This document shows positions 23,765 through 37,300 of a DNA stretch of 64,000 nt, piece by piece; position 1 is the first letter of the stretch, and the number at the start of each line of letters is the position of its first letter. The notes below the pieces were generated by a model that had not been told where the DNA came from, searched no databases, and worked only from the letters and a program-made list of their open reading frames with translations. The stretch comes from Scyliorhinus canicula (lineage: Eukaryota): the NCBI RefSeq assembly GCF_902713615.1, contig NC_052149.1, forward strand, positions 126,607,256 through 126,671,255, given 5' to 3'. The position numbers and the translations under genes were made by a program.

Positions 23765-24410
23765 GGACAGGGACACGCTGACAGTTAGGGGCTTTTACAC
23801 AGGGCACAGAGTGGCAGCACTGGACAAACTGACGGAGGAATGGGAACTGCCAACAGGACAGGGTCACGCTGACAGTTAGGGGCTTTTACACAGGGCACAG
23901 AGTGGCAGCACTGGACAAACTGACGGAGGACTGGGAACTGCCAACAGGACAGGGACACGCTGACAGTTAGGGGCTTTTACACAGGGCACAGAGTGGCAGC
24001 ACTGGACAAACTGACGGAGGAATGGGAACTGCCAACAGGACAGGGACACACTGACAGTTAGGGGCTTTTACACAGGGCACAGAGTGGCAGCACTGGACAA
24101 ACTGACGGAGGAATGGGAACTGCCAACAGGACAGGGACACGCTGACAGTTAGGGGCTTTTACACAGGGCACAGAGTGGCAGCACTGGACAAACTGACGGA
24201 GGAATGGGAACTGCCAACCGGACAGGGACACGCTGACAGTTGGGGCCTTTTACACAGGGCACAGGGTGGCAGCACTGGACAAACTGACGGAGGAATGGGA
24301 TCTGCCAACAGGACAGGGACACGCTGACAGTTAGGGGCTTTTACACAGGGCACAGAGTGGCAGCACTGGACAAACTGACGGAGGAATGGGAACTGCCAAC
24401 AGGAAAGGAA
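23765..24410 (+). repeat. 91-bp minisatellite, ~7 copies, continuous with an L1 ORF2 remnant
   Basis: GG(A/T)CACGCTG recurs at 23771, 23862 and 23953 (91-bp period). The last unit runs on into ORF 24357-24611 (AALDKLTEEWELPTGKEMKHLRIKHFLRKE). Confidence 0.9.
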
Positions 24411-25392
24411 ATGAAACACCTGCGAATAAAGCACTTCCTCCGCAAAGAGACAGTCGGGTACCCCAGGGCCCCAGAGACCACACTACTAAAGAACCTGATG
24501 AATACAGACAGTAAAGAAGGGGGAAAATATACAGACAGCTTCTGGACAGAGCCCGAACACCATTGGACGAGACCGGATGGAAATGGGAAGATGAACTGGG
24601 GACAGATGTAGGGTGGGGACTCTGGAGCGAAGCACTGAGTAGGGTTAACTCCACCTCCTCCTGCGCAAGGCTCAGCCTAATGCAGCTCAAAGTGGTGCAC
24701 AGAGCGCTCCTGACCAGAACCCGAATGAGCAGGTTCTTCCCGGATGTAGGGGATAAATGTGAACGGTGCCAGAGGGGCCTGGCCAACCACACCCATATGT
24801 TCTGGGCTTGCCCCAAACTTGCTGTGTTCTGGACAGCCTTCTCTGAGGCAATAGGGAGGCACAGTAACACAGTAATTAGCACAGTTGCTTCATAGCTCCA
24901 GGTCCCAGGTTCAATTCCCGGCTTGGGTCACTGTCTGTGCGGATTCTGCACGTTCTCCCCGTGTCAAATGCTGCCTCGATTTCAAGGGCAGTCACTCTCA
25001 GAGAAGGAAGGGCTGGAGAGACACAAAAGAGACAATGCGGGAGGGAGGCCCCTCAGCCACCGCCCCCCTCCCCCCACCCCAGCCAATGGAGAAACATGGC
25101 CGAAGCCGACAGGGGGAAAAAAGAAAGAGGAGGGAGAAGGGGAGAAGAAGGGGGAACCCCCCCCCCCCCATACCAGCCAGGGAGGTCACAAGGGGGGAGG
25201 GGAGGGGAGGGGCGGGCTGGTGGCGGGGGTGGGGGAGGACTACACTCCAAGCCAGATGGCGGCAGACTGCACACAGGAAAACTCAAGGGAAGGAAAAGAC
25301 AAACCTTTCTGTGTTGTACAGTAAATGAACACGACCAGTAATGTATATAATTGTTTAGAATTCTTGAAAATACAAATAAAAATATTTTTTAA
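24410..25392 (+). mobile_element. L1/Tx1-like ORF2 C-terminal remnant and 3' UTR, interrupted by a SINE head (~24860-24965)
   Basis: ORF 24563-24895 has KWEDELG...QLKVVHR...CERC...HMFWACPKL (L1 C-terminal Cys/His region). AATAAA near 25375. Confidence 0.75.
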
Positions 25393-25444
25393 TATACCCC
25401 ACCTCACTCCCACCTTTCTCCACCCCTCCACTGTCGCTAAATTA

Positions 25445-26372
25445 TCTGACTTGGGTTTCTCCGGTGGCCGACGGCGAAATCGCGTTCGGCCGGAGAACCA
25501 ACATTTACGACGAAATTGGGGCGGCGGCGCTTTCGTGATACTCCACCCCCTCCAACGCGGCCTGCTCGAGCGGTACGCAGCATCGACAGCCTCAGGATGT
25601 TGCCTGAGGCCCTCCCCCCGATGCTCCGCCCCCTCCAATGCGGCCTGCTCGAGGGGTACGCAGCATCGACAGCCTCAGGATGTTGCCTGAGGCCCTCCCC
25701 CCCCCCCGATGCTCCGCCCCCTCCAGCGCGGCCTGCTCGAGGGGTACGCAGCATCGACAGCCTCAGGATGTTGCCTGAGGCCCTCCCTCCCCCCCCCCCC
25801 GATGCTCCGCCCCCTGCAATGCGGCCTGCTCGAGGGGTACGCAGCATCGACAAGCCTCAGGATGTTGCCTGAGGCCCTCCCCCTCCCTCCCCCCGATGCA
25901 TCGCCCTCGACCGGCCGAGTTCCCGATGGCGTTGGTCGCGTGTGCTGTGAATCGTGGGGAACTCGGTGTGGCGGCTGTGGACTCAGTCCATCACCGCCAC
26001 AGTCGGGGGAGAGCCGATCCACGGGCAGGGGGGACTTTGGCAGGGGCTGGGGGCAGTGTTAGGGGTTGGTCTGGGGGTAGCGAGTCGGCCAAAGGGGGGG
26101 CATTATTTTCCAGGTTGGGTCTGTGCGCGGCCGTCGCCTGGTTGTACGGAGCAGCCGCTGCAGGCCACCGCCGTGCGTATGAGGGGCCACGGACGGCAAT
26201 TCTCCGGGCCGTATCACCAACTAAAGTCGGGTGCTCTACGCTGCCGGCATACTGGCACCCAGCCAGACGGAGGATCCGTGGCCGTTTTGCACCGAATATC
26301 CGGTCGTAAAACACCACCGTTCCCAAGCCGGCATCAGGACACAGCCGGAAAATCGGAAAATCCAACCCCTTA
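25445..26372. mobile_element. GC-rich TIR element with an internal 70-80-bp tandem amplification (~25545-25900, ~5 copies)
   Basis: Repeated CGGCCTGCTCGAGGGGTACGCAGCATCGACAGCCTCAGGATGTTGCCTGAGGCCCTCCCC. Ends TTGGGTTTCTCCG / CGGAAAATCCAACCC. Confidence 0.6.
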
Positions 26373-26384
26373 TCCGACATCCAT

Positions 26385-27050
26385 CACTGGATCAGCTGAA
26401 ATGTCCTCCAATTAAATATTGGGAATACTGAATCCATTGTTTTCAGCCCCCACTCCAAACTCAGTTCTCTAACTAGCTAATCCATCCCTCTCCATGGTAA
26501 CAGTCTGCCATTAAACTAGTCTCTTCACAACCTGGGGCTGACATTTAACCCCGAGCTGAGCTTCCGACCTCATATTGGTGACATCACTAACATGGCCTTC
26601 TTCCACCTCAGTAACATCGCTCAACTTCACCCGTCTCAGCTCATCTACTGCGGAAACCATCATCCATGTCTCCGTTACCTCTGGACGTGACTATTCCAAT
26701 ACACTCCTGGCTGCTCTCCCACATCCTACCCTCCGGAAACATGAGCTCATCCAAAACTCTGCTGTCCCAACCTGAACTCCCACCAAGTCCCGTTCCCCTA
26801 TCACCCCCTGTGCTCACTGACCCACACTGACTCCTGGCCAAGCAATGTCTTGGTTTTAAAATTCTCATCCTTGTTTTCCAATCCCTCCATGTCCTCGCCC
26901 CTCCCTATCTCTGGAATCTCCTCCAGCCCCACAACCCTCCGAGACATCTGCGCTCCTCTAATTCTGGCCCCTTGTACATTCCTGATCAGAATCGCTCCCC
27001 CATTGGTGGCTGTGCCTTCAGCTGCCATTGCCAAGGCCTGTAGCCATCTG
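26385..27050 (+). mobile_element. L2-like LINE 3' remnant
   Basis: Similar to 4600-4980 (CTCCGTTACCTCTGGACGTGACTATTCCAA...CCAAAACTCTGCTG...ATCACCCCCTGTGCTC). Confidence 0.6.
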
Positions 27051-27532
27051 CCTGCGCATCCCACTGACCACCCACCATGGCCCATGGCTGTGCAGAGCGT
27101 CACCGGCATACCCCCCCCCCCCCCCAACCCCCATCACCACCACCCGATCCCCAACCTCCCCCTCCCTTCTGACAGCCGGGCGCCACCCTGCTGGCGGGGC
27201 AACATGAGGCCCACCCAAGGAGAACGCCCACATGGGTTGTACCATCCACCGGTACCCCTGCCGGCAGGAATGGGTGCCTGGGTCTGAGTATTCCATTACA
27301 CTCCTGACTTGTGCCTTGTAGATAGTGGGCAGGCAAGGAGTCAGGAGGTGGGTTACTCACCACATGACTTCCTAACCTCTGACCTGTTCTTGTCGCCACA
27401 GTTTTTAGATGGCTCAACCAGTTCAGTTTCTGGTCAATGGCAACCCCAGGATGTTTAAAATGGGGATTTAGCAATGGCAATGCCAGTGAAAGACATGGAG
27501 CAATGTTTAACTTCCCTCTAGTTGGATGGGGT

Positions 27533-27845
27533 CACAGTGGTTAGCACTGTTGCTTCACAGCGCCAGGTTCCCAGGTTCGATTCCCCGCTGGGTCACTGTC
27601 TGTGAGGAGCCTGCACGTTCTCCCCGTGTCTGCGTGGGTTTCCTCCGGGTGCTCCGGTTTCCTCCCACAGTCCAAAGACATGCAGGTTAGGTGGATTGGC
27701 CATACTGCACCACCCTCATTGTCCAAAACGGTCAGGAGGGGTTATTGGGTTACGGGGATAGGGTGGAAGTGAGGGCTTGAGTGGGTCGGTGCAGAATTAA
27801 TGGGCCGAATGGTCTTCGCCTGCACTGTGTGTTCTATGTTCTATG
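27533..27845 (+). mobile_element. HE1-type SINE
   Basis: CACAGTGGTTAGCACTGTTGCTTCACAGCGCCAGG head; TTCTATG tail. Confidence 0.85.
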
Positions 27846-27849
27846 TGCT

Positions 27850-28260
27850 GGGTATGACTCCGACCAGCGGAGGGTTTCCCCCCTGATTCCCATTGACACC
27901 AGTTTAGCTCAGGTTCCTTGATGCCAAACTCGGTTAAATGCTGCCTCGATGTCAAAGGGCAGTCACTCTGACCTCACCTCTGGAGTTCAGCTGTTTTGTC
28001 CATGTTGAGCTGAGTGACTTTGGCAGAACCCAAACTGAGCATCAGTGAGCAGGTTATTGTGTAGCAAGTGGCACTTGATAGCGTTGTTGATGATCCCTTT
28101 CATCATTTTGCTGATGATTGAGAGTGGGCTTATGGACGGTAATTGGCCGGATTGGATTTGTTCTGCTTTTTGTGTACAGGACATTCCTGGGGAATTTTCC
28201 ACATTGCTGGGTAGATGCCAGTGATGTACCTGCACTGGAACAGCTCGTCCTGGAGCGGCG
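27850..28260 (-). mobile_element. CR1/L2-group LINE RT fragment
   Basis: Minus ORF 27987-28280 contains NNLLTDAQFGF; homologous to 43780-44050 and 58500-58870. Confidence 0.7.
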
Positions 28261-28339
28261 GGAGGAACCACCCGACTCAATAACCACCACCCGACTCACT
28301 AACCAACCCACCCATCTGGCACCGTGTCCAACTACCATC

Positions 28340-31300
28340 CTACCCAGCTATCACCCTACACAGCTATCACCCTACCCAGCTATCACCCAACACGGCTATC
28401 ACCCTACCCAGCTATCACCCAACACGGCTATCACCCTACCCAGCTATCACCCTACCCAGCTATCACCCAACACGGCTATCACCCTACCCAGCTATCACCC
28501 TACCCAGCTATCACCCTACCCAGCTATCACCCTACCCAGCTATCACCCTACCCATCTATCACCCTACCCAGCTACCCACCCTACCCAGCTATCACCCTAC
28601 CCAGCTATCACCCTACCCAGCTATCACCCTACCCAGCTATCACCCTACCCAGCTATCACCCTACCCAGCTATCACCCTACCCAGCTATCACCCTACCCAG
28701 CTACCCACCCTACCCAGCTATCACCCTACCCAGCTATCAACCTACCCAGCTACCCACCCTACCCAGCTATCACCCTACCCAGCTATCACACTACCCACCC
28801 TACCCAGCTAACACCCTACCCAGCTATCACCCTACCCAGCTATCACCCTACCCAGCTATCACCCTACCCAGCTACCCACCCTACCCAGCTATCACACTAC
28901 CCACCCTACCCAGCTAACACCCTACCCAGCTATCACCCTACCCAACTATCACCCTACCCAGCTATCACCCTACCCAGCTATCACCCTACCCAGCTATCAC
29001 CCTATCCAGCTATCACGCTACCCAGCTATCACCATACCCAGCTATCACCCGACCCAGCTATCACCCTACCCAGCTATCACCCTACCCAGCTATCACCCTA
29101 CCCAGCTATCACCCTACCCAGCTACCATCCTACCCAGCTATCACCCTACCCAACTATCACCCTACCCAGCTATCACCCTACCCAGCTATCACCCTACCCA
29201 GCTATCACCCTATCCAGCTATCACGCTACCCAGCTATCACCCTACCCAGCTATCACCCTACCCAGCTATCATATTGCCCAGCTATCACCCTACCCAGCTA
29301 CCCACCCTACCCAGCTATCACCCTACCCAGCTATCACCCTACCCAGCTATCACCCTACCCAGCTACCCACCCTACCCAGCTATCACCCTAACCAGCTATC
29401 ACCCTACCCAGCTATCACCCTACCCAGCTATCACCCTACCCAGCTATCACCCTACCCAGCTATCACCCTACCCAGCTATCACCCTACCCAGCTATCACCC
29501 TACCCAGCTATCACCCTACCCAGCTACCCACCCTACCCAGCTATCACCCTACCCAGCTATCACCCTACCCAGCTATCACCCTACCCAGCTATCACTCTAC
29601 CCAGCTATCGCCCTACCCAGCTATCATCTACCCAGCTAGCACCCTACCCAGCTATCACCCTACCCAGCTATCACCCTACCCAGCTATCACCCTACCCAGC
29701 TACCCACCCTACCCAGCTATCACCCTACCCAGCTATCACCCTACCCAGCTATCACCCTACCCAGCTATCACCCTACCCAGCTATCACCTACCCAGCTATC
29801 ACCCTACCCAGCTACCCACCCTACCCAGCAATCACCCTACCCAGCTATCACCCCACCCAGCTGTCACCCTACCCATCTACCCACCATACCCAGCTATCAC
29901 CCTACCCAGCTATCACCCTACCCAGCTACCCACCCTACCCAGCTATCACCCTACCCAGCTATCACCCTATCCAGCTATCACCCTACCCAGCTGTCACCCT
30001 ACCCAGCTATCACCCTACCCAGCTATCACCCTACCCAGCTACCCACCCTACCCAGCTATCACCCTAACCAGCTATCACCCTACCCAGCTATCACCCTACC
30101 CAGCTATCACTCTACCCAGCTATCGCCCTACCCAGCTATCACCTACCCAGCTATCACCCTACCCAGCTACCCACCCTACCCAGCTATCACCCTACCCAGC
30201 TATCACCCTACCCAGCTATCACCCTACCCAGCTATCACCCTACCCAGCTATCACCCTACCCAGCTATCACACTACCCAGCAATCACCCTACCCATCTACC
30301 CACCCTACCCAGCTATCACCCTACCCATCTACCCACCGTACCCAGCTATCACCCTACCCAGCTATCACCCTACCCAGCTATCACCCTACCCAGCTATCAC
30401 CCTACCCATCTACCCATCCTACCCAGCTATCACTCTACCCAGCAAACACCCTACCCAGCTATCACCCTGCCCAGCTATCACCCTACCCAGCTATCACCCT
30501 ACCCATCTACCCACCCTACCCAGCTACCCACCCTACCCAGCTATCACCCTACCCAGCTATCACCCTACCCAGCTACCCACCCTACCCAGCTATCACCCTA
30601 CCCAGCTATCACCCTACCCAGCTATCACCCTACCCAGCTATCACCATACCCAGCTATCACACTACCCAGCTGACACCCTCCCCAGCTATCACACTACCCA
30701 GCTATCACCTGACCCAGCTATCACCCTACCCAGCTATCAACCTACCCAGCTATCTCCCTACCCAGCTATCACCCGACCCAGATATCACCCAACCCAGCTA
30801 TCACCCTACCCAGCTATCTCCCTACCCAGCTATCACCCTACCCAGCTATCACCCTACCCAGCTATCACCCTACCCATCTATCACCCTACCCAGCTACAAA
30901 CCTTGCCCAGCTATCACCCTGCCCAGCTATCACCCTACCCAGCTATCCCCTACCCAGCTATCACCCTACCCAGCTATCACCCTACCCAGCTATCACCCTA
31001 CCCAGCTATCACCCTACCCAGCTACCCACCCTACCCAGCTATCACCCTACCCAGCTATCACCCTACCCAGCTATCACCCTACCCAGCTATCACCCTACCC
31101 AGCTATCACCCTACCCATCGGCCCACCCTACCCAGCTATCACCCTACCCATCTACCCACCCTACCCAGCTATCACCCTACCCAGCTATCACCCTACCCAG
31201 CTATCACACTACCCATCTACCCTCCCTACCCAGCTAGCACCCTACCCATCTACCAACCCTACCCAGCTATCACCTTACCCAGCTATCACCCTACCCAGCT

Positions 31301-34300
31301 ATCACCCTACCCAGCTATCACCCTACCCAGCTATCACCCTACCCAGCTATCACCCTACCCAGCTATCACCCTACCCAGCTATCACCCTACCCAGCTATCA
31401 CCCTACCCACCCTACCCAGCTACCACCCTACCCAGCTATCACCCTACCCAGCTATCACCCTACCCAGCTATCACCCTACCCAGCTATAACCCTAGCCAGC
31501 TGCCCACCCAACCCAGCTACCCACCCTACCCAGCTATCACCCTACCCAGCTATCACCCTACCCAGCTATCACCCTACCCAGCTATCACCCTACCCAGCTA
31601 TCACCCTACCCAGCTATCACCCTACCCAGCTATCACCCTACCCAGCTATCACCCTACCCAGCTATCACCCTACCCATTTACCCACTCTACCCAGCTACCG
31701 CCCGAACCACCAGGCACCCTCCCACCTGCCACAGTACACAGCCATCACCCAACCCAGCTATCACCCTACCCATCCACCCACCCTACCCAGCTATCACCCT
31801 ATCCAGCTATCACCCTACCCAGCTATGAACCCACCCAGCTATCACCCTACCCAGCTATCACACTACCCAGCTATCACCATACCCAGCTATCACCCTACCC
31901 AGCTATCAACCCACCCAGCTATCACCCTACCCAGCTATCACCCGACCCAGCTATCACCTTACCCAGCTATCACCCAACCAACCTACCCACCCTACCCAGC
32001 TATCACCCTACCCAGCCATCACCCAACCCAGCTATCACCCTACCCATCCACCCACCCTACCCAGTTATCACCCTACCCAGCTATCACCCTACCCAGCTAT
32101 CACCCCACCCAGCTAACACCCTACCCAGCTACCCACCCTACCCAGCTATCACCCTACACAGCTATCACCCTACCCAGCTAACACCCTTCCCAGCTATCAC
32201 CCTACCCAGCTATCACACTACCCAGCTATCACCATACCCAGCTACAACCCTACCCAGCTATCACCCTACCCAGCTATCACCCTACCCAGCTATCACCCTA
32301 CCCAGCTACCCACCCTACCCATCTACCCACCCTACCCAGCTATCACCATATCCAGCTATCACCCTACCCATCTACCCACCCTACCCAGCAATCACCCTCC
32401 CCATCTACCCACCCTACCCAGCTACCCACCCTACCCAGCTATCACCCTACCCAGCTATCACCCTACCCAGCTATCACCCTACCCAGCTATCACTCTACCC
32501 AGCTATCACCTACCCAGCTATCACCCTACCCAGCTACCCACCCTACCCAGCAATCACCCTACCCAGCTATCACCCCACCCAGCTGTCACCCTACCCATCT
32601 ACCCACCATACCCAGCTATCACCCTACCCAGCTATCACCCTACCCAGCTACCCACCCTACCCAGCTATCACCCTACCCAGCTATCACCCTATCCAGCTAT
32701 CACCCTACCCAGCTGTCACCCTACCCAGCTATCACCCTACCCAGCTATCACCCTACCCAGCTACCCACCCTACCCAGCTATCACCCTAACCAGCTATCAC
32801 CCTACCCAGCTATCACCCTACCCAGCTATCACTCTACCCAGCTATCGCCCTACCCAGCTATCACCTACCCAGCTATCACCCTACCCAGCTACCCACCCTA
32901 CACAGCTATCACCCTAACCAGCTATCACCCTACCCAGCTATCACCCTACCCAGCTATCACCCTACCCAGCTATCACCCTACCCAGCTATCACACTACCCA
33001 GCAATCACCCTACCCATCTACCCACCCTACCCAGCTATCACCCTACCCATCTACCCACCGTACACAGCTATCACCCTACCCAGCTATCACCCTACCCAGC
33101 TATCACCCTACCCAGCTATCACCCTACCCATCTACCCATCCTACCCAGCTATCACTCTACCCAGCAAACACCCTACCCAGCTATCACCCTGCCCAGCTAT
33201 CACCCTACCCAGCTATCACCCTACCCATCTACCCACCCTACCCAGCTACCCACCCTACCCAGCTATCACCCTACCCAGCTATCACCCTACCCAGCTACCC
33301 ACCCTACCCAGCTATCACCCTACCCAGCTATCACCCTACCCAGCTATCACCCTACCCAGCTATCACCATACCCAGCTATCACACTACCCAGCTGACACCC
33401 TCCCCAGCTATCACACTACCCAGCTATCACCCGACCCAGCTATCACCCTACCCAGCTATCAACCTACCCAGCTATCTCCCTACCCAGCTATCACCCGACC
33501 CAGATATCACCCAACCCAGCTATCACCCTACCCAGCTATCTCCCTACCCAGCTATCACCCTACCCAACTATCACCCTACCCAGCTATCACCCTACCCATC
33601 TATCACCCTACCCAGCTACAAACCTTGCCCAGCTATCACCCTGCCCAGCTATCACTCTACCCAGCTATCCCCTACCCAGCTATCACCATACCCAGCTATC
33701 ACCCTACCCAGCTATCACCCTACCCAGCTATCACCCTACCCAGCTACCCACCCTACCCAGCAATCACCTTACCCAGCTATCACACTACCCAGCTGACACC
33801 CTCCCCAGCTATCACACTACCCAGCTATCACCCGACCCAGCTATCACCCTACCCAGCTATCAACCTACCCAGCTATCTCCCTACCCAGCTATCACCCGAC
33901 CCAGATATCACCCAACCCAGCTATCACCCTACCCAGCTATCTCCCTACCCAGCTATCACCCTACCCAACTATCACCCTACCCAGCTATCACCCTACCCAT
34001 CTATCACCCTACCCAGCTACAAACCTTGCCCAGCTATCACCCTGCCCAGCTATCACCCTACCCAGCTATCCCCTACCCAGCTATCACCCTACCCAGCTAT
34101 CACCCTACCCAGCTATCACCCTACCCAGCTATCACCCTACCCAGCTACCCACCCTACCCAGCAATCACCCTACCCAGCTATCACCCTACCCAGCTATCAC
34201 CCTACCCAGCTATCACCCTACCCAGCTATCACCCTACCCATCGGCCCACCCTACCCAGCTATCACCCTACCCATCTACCCACCCTACCCAGCAATCACCC

Positions 34301-37300
34301 TACCCAGCTATCACCCTACCCAGCTATCACCCTACCCATCTACCCTCCCTACCCAGCTAGCACCCTACCCATCTACCAACCCTACCCAGCTATCACCTTA
34401 CCCAGCTATCACCCTACCCAGCTATCACCCTACCCAGCTATCACCCTACCCAGCAATCACCCTACCCAGCTATCACCCTGCCCAGCTATCACCCTACCCA
34501 GCTATCACCCTACCCAGCTATCACCCTACCCACCCTACCCAGCTACCACCCTACCCAGCTATCACCCTACCCAGCTATCACCCTACCCAGCTATCACCCT
34601 ACCCAGCTATAACCCTAGCCAGCTGCCCACCCAACCCAGCTACCCACCCTACCCAGCTATCACCCTACCCAGCTATCACCCTACCCAGCTATCACCCTAC
34701 CCAGCTATCACCCTACCCAGCTATCACCCTACCCAGCTATCACCCTACCCAGCTATCACCCAACCCAGCTATCACCCTACCCAGCTATCACCCTACCCAT
34801 TTACCCACTCTACCCAGCTACCGCCCGAACCACCAGGCACCCTCCCACCTGCCACAGTACACAGCCATCACCCAACCCAGCTATCACCCTACCCATCCAC
34901 CCACCCTACCCAGCTATCACCCTATCTAGCTATCACCCTACCCAGCTATGAACCCACCCAGCTATCACCCTACCCAGCTATCACACTACCCAGCTATCAC
35001 CATACCCAGCTATCACCCTACCCAGCTATCAACCCACCCAGCTATCACCCTACCCAGCTATCACCCGACCCAGCTATCACCTTACCCAGCTATCACCCAA
35101 CCAACCTACCCACCCTACCCAGCTATCACCCTACCCAGCCATCACCCAACCCAGCTATCACCCTACCCATCCACCCACCCTACCCAGTTATCACCCTACC
35201 CAGCTATCACCCTACCCAGCTATTACCCCACCCAGCTATCACCCTACCCAGCTACCCACCCTACCCAGCTATCACCCTACACAGCTATCACCCTACCCAG
35301 CTAACACCCTTCCCAGCTATCACCCTACCCAGCTATCACACTACCCAGCTATCACCATACCCAGCTACAACCCTACCCAGCTATCACCCTACCCAGCTAT
35401 CACCCTACCCAGCTATCACCCTACCCAGCTACCCACCCTACCCATCTACCCACCCTACCCAGCTATCACCATATCCAGCTATCACCCTACCCATCTACCC
35501 ACCCTACCCAGCAATCACCCTCCCCATCTACCCACCCTACCCAGCTACCCACCCTACCCAGCTATCACCCTACCCAGCTATCACCCTACCCAGCTATCAC
35601 CCTACCCAGCTATCACTCTACCCAGCTATCACCTACCCAGCTATCACCCTACCCAGCTACCCACCCTACACAGCAATCACCCTACCCAGCTATCACCCCA
35701 CCCAGCTGTCACCCTACCCATCTACCCACCATACCCAGCTATCACCCTACCCAGCTATCACCCTACCCAGCTACCCACCCTACCCAGCTATCACCCTACC
35801 CAGCTATCACCCTATCCAGCTATCACCCTACCCAGCTGTCACCCTACCCAGCTATCACCCTACCCAGCTATCACCCTACCCAGCTACCCACCCTACCCAG
35901 CTATCACCCTAACCAGCTATCACCCTACCCAGCTATCACCCTACCCAGCTATCACTCTACCCAGCTATCGCCCTACCCAGCTATCACCTACCCAGCTATC
36001 ACCCTACCCAGCTACCCACCCTACCCAGCTATCACCCTAACCAGCTATCACCCTACCCAGCTATCACCCTACCCAGCTATCACCCTACCCAGCTATCACC
36101 CTACCCAGCTATCACACTACCCAGCAATCACCCTACCCATCTACCCACCCTACCCAGCTATCACCCTACCCATCTACCCACCGTACACAGCTATCACCCT
36201 ACCCAGCTATCACCCTACCCAGCTATCACCCTACCCAGCTATCACCCTACCCATCTACCCATCCTACCCAGCTATCACTCTACCCAGCAAACACCCTACC
36301 CAGCTATCACCCTGCCCAGCTATCACACTACCCAGCTATCACCCGACCCAGCTATCACCCTACCCAGCTATCAACCTACCCAGCTATCTCCCTACCCAGC
36401 TATCACCCGACCCAGATATCACCCAACCCAGCTATCACCCTACCCAGCTATCTCCCTACCCAGCTATCACCCTACCCAACTATCACCCTACCCAGCTATC
36501 ACCCTACCCATCTATCACCCTACCCAGCTACAAACCTTGCCCAGCTATCACCCTGCCCAGCTATCACCCTACCCAGCTATCCCCTACCCAGCTATCACCC
36601 TACCCAGCTATCACCCTACCCAGCTATCACCCTACCCAGCTATCACCCTACCCAGCTACCCACCCTACCCAGCAATCACCTTACCCAGCTATCACCCTAC
36701 CCAGCTATCACCCTACCCAGCTATCACCCTACCCAGCTATCACCCTACCCATCGGCCCACCCTACCCAGCTATCACCCTACCCATCTACCCACCCTACCC
36801 AGCAATCACCCTACCCAGCTATCACCCTACCCAGCTATCACACTACCCATCTACCCTCCCTACCCAGCTAGCACCCTACCCATCTACCAACCCTACCCAG
36901 CTATCACCTTACCCAGCTATCACCCTACCCAGCTATCACCCTACCCAGCTATCACCCTACCCAGCAATCACCCTACCCAGCTATCACCCTGCCCAGCTAT
37001 CACCCTACCCAGCTATCACCCTACCCAGCTATCACCCTACCCACCCTACCCAGCTACCACCCTACCCAGCTATCACCCTACCCAGCTATCACCCTACCCA
37101 GCTATCACCCTACCCAGCTATAACCCTAGCCAGCTGCCCACCCAACCCAGCTACCCACCCTACCCAGCTATCACCCTACCCAGCTATCACCCTACCCAGC
37201 TATCACCCTACCCAGCTATCACCCTACCCAGCTATCACCCTACCCAGCTATCACCCTACCCAGCTATCACCCTACCCAGCTATCACCCTACCCAGCTATC

